This document shows positions 51,501 through 59,435 of a stretch of DNA of 59,435 nt, in pieces. Source of the stretch: a bacterium (GTDB lineage: Bacteria > Patescibacteriota > Minisyncoccia > UBA6257 > HR35); assembly GCA_041640295.1 (NCBI GenBank), contig JBEQAR010000005.1:1-59435 (forward strand), given 5' to 3'. Under the pieces are notes generated by a model. That model did not search any database. It had not been told where the DNA came from and worked only from the letters and a program-made list of their open reading frames with translations. Positions within the stretch are counted from its first letter, which is position 1, and every line of letters starts with the position of its first letter. Both the position numbers and the translations under genes were made by a program.

Positions 51501-51694
51501 AAAATAATTATAAACCAATAATTAAAAATTTAAAAAACAACCCCAATTTGTTAATATCTATATTCAAATAAAAACTTCCTACCAAATTTTCCTTAATCTA
51601 TATTAGTTTATTGAATTTTTGAAATATTTTCCTATTTGTATTATTTATTTCTCTAGCTATTTTCTTATTAAAATCGATAGGTAAACGATTATTT

Positions 51695-53315
51695 TTATAA
51701 TATTATTCTTTGCGTAGGTTTTAGATTATTGATAAAATATTCATCATGGGAAACGAAAATAATAGTTCCCTGGTAATCCTTTAAAGCAGATTCAAGTTCT
51801 TCTATTGTGTAAACATCTAAATGATTTGTAGGTTCATCTAAGATCAAAAGGTCTGGATTTTTAAATAAAATAGCTGCAAGCTGAAGTCTTCTTATCTCAC
51901 CGATACTTAAATTTCTAAGTTCTAAGTTAAAAACATTGGGAATTTTTATTCTATTAAGAATAGCTTTAATCTCTCCTTCATTAATGCTGTATTCATTTTT
52001 TAGAAATTGATAAACTTTTTGGTCAATATTTTCGATTTTAGGTGATTGGGGTAAGTATCCGATTCTAATACCTTCTTTAAGAGTTATTTCTCCTTCTGAT
52101 GGTTTTATTTCACCAAGAATTATTCTAATCAAAGTTGTTTTTCCTGAACCATTTGGTCCTTCAATTAAAAGTCTCTCTCCGGCTTCTAAAATTAAATGAG
52201 GGATATTAATTAAAATCTCGTTGTTAAAAGAATAAGATAATCCTTTAATTGAGAGTATGGTTCCTTTAAAAACTTCTGGCTGAGGTTTTGAAAACTCTGG
52301 TCTTTCCGGAGGTTTAGGTTCTGTAAGTTGAGAAAGTTCTCTTAAAATTCTTTCTTCTTGAACCTTAGCTTGTTTGGCTATTTTAGCTCCTTTTGCTCTA
52401 TAAAAAGCATCACGACTCATTTTTTCAAACTCTTGAGATTTTTTCTTTAACTCCTCGATAGCTTTCTCTAGTCTTTTCCTCTTTCTTTCTTGTTCCTCAA
52501 ATTTCCTTATCCTCGCTAAAAACTCTTCCGCTTTTTCTTTTTTATAAAATTCATAATTCCCTCCCCAAACTCTTAAAGTTTTGGTTTCTTCATCTATCTC
52601 GAAAATCTTAGAAGAAATATTTAAAAGTCTTCGATCGTGAGTAATATATAAAATTCCTCCCTTAAATCTTCTCATTTCTTCAAAAAGTAGATCTATAGAG
52701 TCTTTATCTAAATTGTTAGTTGGTTCATCAAGAATCCAAAAATTAGCATCAGAAAGTAAAACCCCGGCTAAAGCTATTTTTGTAGCTTCACCGCCAGATA
52801 TTTCTTGAATATTTCTTTTGAGAATTTCTGAGCTGATGTTTAATTTTTTTAAAATTCTACGCCTTCTTCCTTCATAATCCCATAAATTAAATTGAGTCAT
52901 TCTTTCAATTATTTGAGAATATTCTTCTGTTTCTTCAGGTGAAAACTCCTCTTTTTCGGAAAGTTCTTTATATCTTTTAACTAATCTTGCAAATTCACCA
53001 CCTGTCCATTCTAAATATTCTTCAACAGTACCAGAAAATTGTAGTTTAACTTCTTGAGGTAAATAAGCTATTTTAAATTCAGGGGATATAAAAACATTAC
53101 CAGAAAAATCTATATCTTCGGGAACAGTTTTTTTTATCATAAAAATTTATAATTAATCTAATCAAGGTCGATTTCCCACTTCCATTTCTTCCAATTAAAG
53201 CAACTTTTTCTTTTGAATGAACCACAAGTTGACTATTATGGATTAATGCTTTATTTTCAATTCTTAAGAATTTAATATCGCAAAATAAAATAGAATGTAT
53301 TTTAAAACTTATCAT
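51695..53315 (-). pseudogene. ABC-F family ATPase, frameshifted near the 5' end
   Basis: Walker A GRNGSGKST in ORF 53097-53315 continues in ORF 51695-53140 after an A8 run (53128-53135; A7 restores frame); two ABC cassettes, no TM helices. Confidence 0.85.
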
Positions 53316-53376
53316 AAGATTAACATAAATTAATCATTTTAGTAAATATAATGTATAGCCTCCATATATTTTGAGT

Positions 53377-53385
53377 ATTATACCA
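53377..53385 (-). promoter_or_regulatory. Extended -10 promoter (TG-N-TATAAT) of the ABC-F gene
   Basis: Minus strand TGGTATAAT about 60 nt upstream of the start. Confidence 0.55.
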
Positions 53386-53538
53386 CAGAAGATGATTAAG
53401 AGGTTTATTGTTGAATTCATTTATATTTTTAAAATTTACCTTCAAATTATCTACTTCTTAAGTCGATAGATTGATATTTTATTGTATTGTAAAATTTTAT
53501 TATAAAAATTTTCAGGTTATTATGATAATTAAGCATCA

Positions 53539-54006
53539 ATGAAAAATAATAAATTATATTTACAAATCTACGAAAAATTACGAGAAGCAAGAGAAAAAGA
53601 TACTTATTATGGAATTAGTAAAAATTTAATTAAGAAAAATACAGAAAATATTAGAAAAGCTTTATTAGATTTTTTAAGAGAATTAGAAAATTTAATTAAA
53701 AGTCCTAACTTAAAATACTCAGATATTTCTTTATTTTATATTGATTCTAAATTTCTTTTTCCTCAAAAAAATGTTAATCTTAGTTTAGAAAAAGGTGGAC
53801 CAGTGTTAATAATTAGCACTAAGGGTTTACTATACGAATTATTTAAAGCTATAGATTTAGAAAAACATTTTAGTTTAATTATTAAATTACAAAAGTCTAT
53901 AAGTAATTTGAATGAAACTCTTTCGGAAGGAAGAAAAAAAGAGGCGATAAAATATAAAGAAAAAACCTTTAAAATTATTAAAGAAATTAAAAATATATTA
54001 GCTTGA
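53539..54006 (+). CDS. Hypothetical protein
   Basis: 155-aa ORF, no family recognised. Confidence 0.6.
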   Translation: MKNNKLYLQIYEKLREAREKDTYYGISKNLIKKNTENIRKALLDFLRELENLIKSPNLKYSDISLFYIDSKFLFPQKNVNLSLEKGGPVLIISTKGLLYELFKAIDLEKHFSLIIKLQKSISNLNETLSEGRKKEAIKYKEKTFKIIKEIKNILA

Positions 54007-54252
54007 TATTTAAAAATGTACCAATTTAATGGCCGTTTTGTTTATTTAGAAAAATTAATCACAGAAAATGACCGGGGAAATTTTTAAATTGATAAAAAAT
54101 AATAAGGGGGATATAAATATTATGTAAGTGATCAACCAATAACCAATTATTATGAAATGTTTGTAAAATGATTAAATTAGCAAGAAAAATAGGCGCTGAA
54201 GAATTAGAAGTAAAAAGAAGTGATTCTAAAAGAATTTCAAAATACTTACCCA

Positions 54253-54638
54253 TTAATTAATCTTTAGAATTCTTAATAATTCTTTAGCAAAAGAAAACAT
54301 TTTGTTGATTTGTTCTTTGGAAAATTGAGCGGGTAAATATCTCTTTCAATGTAAACAATATTTAAATCATTAATAGTCTCATCATGCTTTTGAATAAATT
54401 TTTTTATTTTTTCCTTTTGATTACTAGCTTTTGCGTAATACTCAAGAAGCTTTTCTATATTATGAATTTTCTCAAAATCTCCAAGAATCTTCCAAAGAGA
54501 ATATTTAAAATATAATTGGATTGATTGTTCGATGTGAAAAGCATTAAGGTCGTAAAATTCTTTTTTATAAACCTCTTTGCCAATTCTAAAAAATCTTTGC
54601 TCTCTTATTTTTAAAATTTCTCCTTCTTTTATTATCAT
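54253..54638 (-). pseudogene. HEPN domain protein, frameshifted
   Basis: YDLNAFHIEQSIQLYFK, KIHNI; one base missing at about 54341-54345 restores YIExRYLP...ILKIN* ending in a TAATG overlap at 54253. Confidence 0.7.
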
Positions 54639-54745
54639 AAAAAATTATATCTTATTAGATTGAAATCTTAAAGTATTAAAATCATAATTGTTAAACAAAC
54701 CGAAAGTATAAACGAAGTTTAAGAAAGTATTTTAATTAAAATGAG

Positions 54746-56327
54746 CTATGATTTATCATAGTCAAGGGGTAATTTTATATAAAATTTACTTCCTTTGCCT
54801 TCGCCTTCGCTTTCTGCCCAAATTGTTCCTTTATGAGCTTCAACAATATTTTTAGCAATATAGAGACCAAGTCCTGTACCTCTAATTTCTTTTTTAATCG
54901 AAGGATCACGAACAAATTCGCCAAATAGTTTTGATTGTAATTCTTTTGACATCCCTATACCAGAATCACTAACTTCAATTATCAATTCTTTATGATCTTT
55001 ACTATAAACTTTAACCTTTACCCATCCTTGGGGTGTATATTTAATAGCATTATCAATTAAGTTTTGAATCACCTGGGAAAATCTCACTTTATCTACTTTA
55101 ATAATCATCTGTTCTAAATTTGTTTCAAAACTAAGTTCTAAATTTTTCTGCTTAGCAAGTAAATTTAAATTATTAACAATTTCTTTTATTAAACTAATAA
55201 TTTCTACTTCTTCAAAATGTAATTCTAATTTTCCTTCTTCAATTCGTCGATAATCCATAAATTCTTCAATGAGAACCAAAAGATTATTAACTGATTCCTC
55301 TATTTTTTTAGCAAAATCTTTTGCTTGTTCGGGAACATTATCAATATTTTTAGCAATAAGTTCAGCATAACCTTTTACTACTGCCATTGGTGCTTTGACT
55401 TGATGCGAAGCAAAAGAAAGAAACTCCGATTTTATTCTATTAAGTTGCTCAAGTTTTTCTTTTTGTTCAACTTCCCTGTAAACAGAATTTATTAACATAA
55501 TTCCAATAGGTATTAAAAGTATTAGAATAATAAAACTATATACAATCTCTTCAATGTTTTTTAATAAAAAGAATCTTAAAATTACAGATGACCAAAGAAG
55601 AAAGATAATATACTCAGCTGAGATTAATTTAATATTAAGAAAAGTGAGTTTACTTATAATTAAAAATACTAAAATTAGCCAAAAATAAATAAATAAAGGT
55701 CCCAGCCATGTATATTCAAAAATTTTAAAATAAGGGAAAAAAAGATCGAAAATAAGTACAGGAATAGAAGCCAATAAAGATGCTGTTAGAAGTATTTTAA
55801 AAATTTTTTTATCTAATAATAAAGCATTATAAAGTTTTTTTATCTATAATTATATCAGATTTAATTATTTTTAAAATTAGAACTAGAAACCCTAGTAAAA
55901 AATTTATGATAATATAAGAAGCATATATCAAATACCAATAACCTATTTCATACTCAATCCTTATTGCTCTTCCTATTATTTTATTAGAGAATAATAAATA
56001 ATAAGAAAAAAATAGTGTGGGAATAAATAAAATAAAATAAATTATTTTATTTTTTAAAATAGGCGTTTTATAATATGAGACAAATAAGAAAAACAAAAAG
56101 CTAATAATTAGACCAAAAATATGGGTAATTTTAATCCATATATCTCTGTATAATATTAAATATTCATAAAAAAATCCTAATATTCCAATACTCCATATAC
56201 TAATAGATAATAATAAAAAAGAAAAAATAAGTTTTTCCCAATTTTTTTCTTTTTTTAATAAAATACTTATGCTTAATAAAAAATTAGCTATAGCTATAAT
56301 AGATATTAAGTATAAAGCTACAGACAT
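54746..56327 (-). pseudogene. Sensor histidine kinase with HisKA_7TM-like membrane input domain, frameshifted
   Basis: N-part 55827-56327 (TM helices) joins C-part (ASHQVKAP, NLIDNAIKY, DSGIG, GTGLGL) if one A is removed from the A7 run at 55835-55841. Confidence 0.8.
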
Positions 56328-57100
56328 TTATTTAAAAAATTTTTAGTTAGAAATTTTATTTTTAATTTTAACAAAAGTCTATTTAAATAAGTATTTTTAA
56401 ATATTAAACTATTTTCCCCATAAGGTTTAAAATTTTTCCAATTAAAAATGGTATTTAAAAATTTTTCCAGAGGATCTCGTAAAAAATATACAGGCCTTAC
56501 CGGGTCTTGGAAATTATTAAAATATCTAAACAAAATTCCTTCTTTAGGATAATTTTGTTTATATTTCTCAATATACCCTAAAGGAAAGTTTATAGCCTTT
56601 AATTTCTTTTCTAGGCTTAATTTTATAAAAGCATAGCCTCCTAAAAAATTATATTTTCGGCTATAGTCAACAAGTGTTTTAAATAAAATTAACATTATTA
56701 AATGCCGGGGCAAATATTCTTTATTATTTAATTTATATGGTTTTACAATTAACCTTCCAATTTCCACTAAATTTTGTTTATCTATCTGCCTTATTTCGTT
56801 AGGTTCTTCAAATTCAAAATAAAGTTGTGTTGGTAAAGGATAATCTTTAATTAATCTTACTGTACCTATAACTTCATCCGCTATTGAAGCTATAAAATAT
56901 GTTGACTTATTATTTAAGTCATATTCATCTTTTTCTAGGCCATCAGGAAATTTATTAGGGTTTATATAATTCTTTGAAGCATAAATTTCATACCTCAATT
57001 TAAACATTTTTATTAATTCTTCTTCTGAATCCGGTATGCCAAATTTAATTTCTATATTTTTAGATTTATTATTTATAATAAGTGTATTATAAATTATCAT
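56318..57100 (-). CDS. Autoinducer-synthase/GNAT superfamily acyltransferase (LuxI/FeeM/ExoAT-like)
   Basis: FKLRYEIY, GLEKDEYD, IGTVRLI, LP, VEIGRL. Confidence 0.78.
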   Translation of the reverse strand: MIIYNTLIINNKSKNIEIKFGIPDSEEELIKMFKLRYEIYASKNYINPNKFPDGLEKDEYDLNNKSTYFIASIADEVIGTVRLIKDYPLPTQLYFEFEEPNEIRQIDKQNLVEIGRLIVKPYKLNNKEYLPRHLIMLILFKTLVDYSRKYNFLGGYAFIKLSLEKKLKAINFPLGYIEKYKQNYPKEGILFRYFNNFQDPVRPVYFLRDPLEKFLNTIFNWKNFKPYGENSLIFKNTYLNRLLLKLKIKFLTKNFLNKCL

Positions 57101-57819
57101 TGTTTTGGTTTAAATCCTTTGTTTAAAATACCTTGATTGGCATATACAAATTTAGTTTCAGAAATATTGATAAAACCAGCTTCCTCTAAAAAATATTTTT
57201 GTTCATTATAATCAAACAGATTGTTAGTGTCGAATTTATGCACCTTTTGAATTATTCTATTGTAATAAAACATTTTAATAGTTGGTACGAGTAGTCTAAG
57301 TACAGTTATTAAAGTTCGCATAAACCCCATTTGTTTAATTGATTTTTTAATTCCATCAATATAGATAACAAAAGGTTTAAAATTTTTATGAATATTAGAG
57401 GTAACTATTATTCCTCCTGGTTTTAAAACTCTAAAAAATTCTTTAAAAACTTCCAACCTTCTCTCTCTCGGAATATTATAGATAGTATTATTTGTAACAA
57501 TTTTGTCAAAATAATCATTATCAAATGGTAATTTCTCTTCTAAATTGTGAAGTACTATTCTTGCTTCTGGATTTTTATTTTTGTAAATATCTAAAGCGTC
57601 CTTAGAATAATCTAAAGCAATTACTTTTGCTTTCAATTGTTCAAGAAGAACTGCTAAATTGCCTGTTCCTGCCCCTGCATCTAAAATTAATTCTCCTTCT
57701 TTTGGCTCTGTCTCTTTTATAATTTCATTTAGTAATTCTTGGTAAGGAATTAAAAGATTTAAGCAATCATAAATTTCGAAATACTTCTTCCAAAAATTAG
57801 GCCCTAAAGTTTTTTTCAT
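57097..57819 (-). CDS. Class I SAM-dependent methyltransferase
   Basis: ILDAGAGTG, ALDYS, LPFDNDYFD, RVLKPGG. Confidence 0.9.
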   Translation of the reverse strand: MKKTLGPNFWKKYFEIYDCLNLLIPYQELLNEIIKETEPKEGELILDAGAGTGNLAVLLEQLKAKVIALDYSKDALDIYKNKNPEARIVLHNLEEKLPFDNDYFDKIVTNNTIYNIPRERRLEVFKEFFRVLKPGGIIVTSNIHKNFKPFVIYIDGIKKSIKQMGFMRTLITVLRLLVPTIKMFYYNRIIQKVHKFDTNNLFDYNEQKYFLEEAGFINISETKFVYANQGILNKGFKPKQ

Positions 57820-57838
57820 ATTATTTCCGATAATAAAT

Positions 57839-59435
57839 TCATAAATTTTTTTGGTGGGTAATAATCCAATGAATTTTTAAAGGCTCTTCGTATATTTTAG
57901 TCTCTGATAAAGGAATTTTCGAGGAATGTACAATTTTACTTAAAGCTATGATATCTCTATAATACATAGGGGGCCAGTTTATTTTTTTTATAAACTTTAC
58001 TTCATTGTTAGGTCTTATATTTCCCCAAATTAATACTCCGCCCATGTCGAGAAGATTATTGAATATATAATTCAAAAGATTGGCAGCTTCGCTATCATCA
58101 AAATAGTCTAAAAGACCTACTACTTCTATAATATCGAATTTTTTATTTAATTTAAGCTCATTAATTTTTTTTGCGTTTAAATTAATTCCCTTATATTCTA
58201 CAAAGGTTAAATTATAATCATTTAAATTTTTTTTAACTAACTCTAAAACATCTTGATGTTTATCTATATTTGATAATTTGATAAATTTGTTTTTAAAATT
58301 AAAATTTTCTTTGCGCGAGATATGATAAATAGCATGAATAATAGCTCGACAAGATCCTCCGCCTATTGAGAGAATTTCTAAATTGTCTTTATGACGAAGT
58401 TTTTCTTTAATTATTTCTATAAGAAGTGATTCTACAATTTTTAATCTATTTCTAACAGCTTTAGGTTGAGAAAGAATATTGTGCCAAAATAAAGTAAGCA
58501 AACCGTGTAGGAATCCTTTTTTGAAAATTTCTTGTTTTCTTGAATGAATAGTGTATAAAACTTCTAAAGCATGAGTTGAACCTCCTTTTTCTAAAACAGG
58601 CTTACTATCTTCTGTTGTTTTTCTCAAAATCTTTTTTATTAAAAATGGCGGTATGTTATTAATTATTGGAATAATTAAAAATCTTAAAGTTTTTATTACA
58701 AAATTATGAGTTTCAAAAGGATGAAGAGGTTTAAATTCTTGTACCATTAGATAATTATTGTCTCTTGTTTCTTCCATTAAATTTTTTATTTCTTCCATAA
58801 CTATTGAGGCAATTTCTTCTATTTCAAGATTGGAAATATCAACAATTGGTTCTCCTATATAAATTTTAACTCTTTTTTTGCCAGTTAAAAATAATAATAA
58901 ATTTTTTAATTTAGTACATTCATAAACATTTATCAACGCCATGGGAATAATAGGAGCTTTTGTTGATTTGTGTAAATAGCCAATACCCCTTTTGCCTTTT
59001 TGTAATTTTCCATCTTTACTCATTTTACCTTCTGGAAATATAAAAATTTTGCCACTATTATTTAATGCACCAACTGCATTTTTTAATTTATTTTCTAAAT
59101 TATCATTTGAACCTCGTATAACTGGAATGCTTCCATTAAGCCTCACATAAGAAGCAACTATAAGTGAAATTGGAAATATTGGTGGAGCTTTGAAAAAATT
59201 AAAATATTCGACAGCAGCAATAAATCTAATTGGCAGTATTTTTGAAAAAGGATATTTCAAAGACCGTAAATATTTAGTAAAAGCCCAAGCTCCTATTGTT
59301 GAATCCAGAAAATGAGTATGATTAGCTGCGATAATTAATTTTTTAGATGGATCAATTTTGTTTAAATTTTCAATTTCTTTTATTTCAATTTTAAAAACTA
59401 ATTTTGCAATAGGATAAAAGAAATAATAAAGAACA
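57839..59435 (-). CDS. PlsC-type acyltransferase fused to a PhcB/YnbC-like methyltransferase domain (5' end outside window)
   Basis: Frame open to the window edge and includes ANHTHFLD (NHx4D) and FPEG; C-domain AVRNR, ILSIGGGSCR, VGLLDYF, GNI. Confidence 0.8.
   Translation of the reverse strand, partial: VLYYFFYPIAKLVFKIEIKEIENLNKIDPSKKLIIAANHTHFLDSTIGAWAFTKYLRSLKYPFSKILPIRFIAAVEYFNFFKAPPIFPISLIVASYVRLNGSIPVIRGSNDNLENKLKNAVGALNNSGKIFIFPEGKMSKDGKLQKGKRGIGYLHKSTKAPIIPMALINVYECTKLKNLLLFLTGKKRVKIYIGEPIVDISNLEIEEIASIVMEEIKNLMEETRDNNYLMVQEFKPLHPFETHNFVIKTLRFLIIPIINNIPPFLIKKILRKTTEDSKPVLEKGGSTHALEVLYTIHSRKQEIFKKGFLHGLLTLFWHNILSQPKAVRNRLKIVESLLIEIIKEKLRHKDNLEILSIGGGSCRAIIHAIYHISRKENFNFKNKFIKLSNIDKHQDVLELVKKNLNDYNLTFVEYKGINLNAKKINELKLNKKFDIIEVVGLLDYFDDSEAANLLNYIFNNLLDMGGVLIWGNIRPNNEVKFIKKINWPPMYYRDIIALSKIVHSSKIPLSETKIYEEPLKIHWIITHQKNL

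Noticed and set aside
53333-53420. 28-aa ORF MNSTINLLII... upstream of ABC-F
   Set aside because: It spans the extended -10 promoter; the shorter post-promoter uORF is more plausible and neither is proven
54059-54253. 64-aa ORF as an intact nucleotidyltransferase antitoxin
   Set aside because: No GS...DxD motif; looks like a truncated remnant

Overview
Very AT-rich (roughly 25% GC by eye) bacterial chromosome segment using the standard code (TGA is a stop). Dense gene packing, scarce Shine-Dalgarno sites, CCA-less tRNAs, tRNA-Arg(GCG) and many orphans suggest a Patescibacteria/CPR (Parcubacteria-like) genome; this is an inference. It carries housekeeping genes (arfB, pcm, recG, cca, htpX, lemA, thrS, lepA, miaA, fba, rsmA, argS, apgM, tatD, mutM), five tRNAs and cell-envelope genes. 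No rRNA, CRISPR array, integrase or transposase was seen. Highlights: (1) a right-end operon with a PlsC acyltransferase fused to a PhcB-like methyltransferase, a second methyltransferase, a LuxI/FeeM-type acyltransferase and a frameshifted 7TM histidine kinase, i.e. a candidate lipid-signal synthesis and sensing system; (2) a leader peptide/antiterminator/terminator attenuator in front of a GC-rich orphan basic protein; (3) two divergent paralogous Cys4 microproteins sharing a symmetric bidirectional promoter; (4) three secreted beta-propeller paralogues with Cys-bracketed variable loops, all disrupted; (5) a recurrent GTCG motif 21-35 nt upstream of start codons. All family calls come from motif recognition, not database searches.
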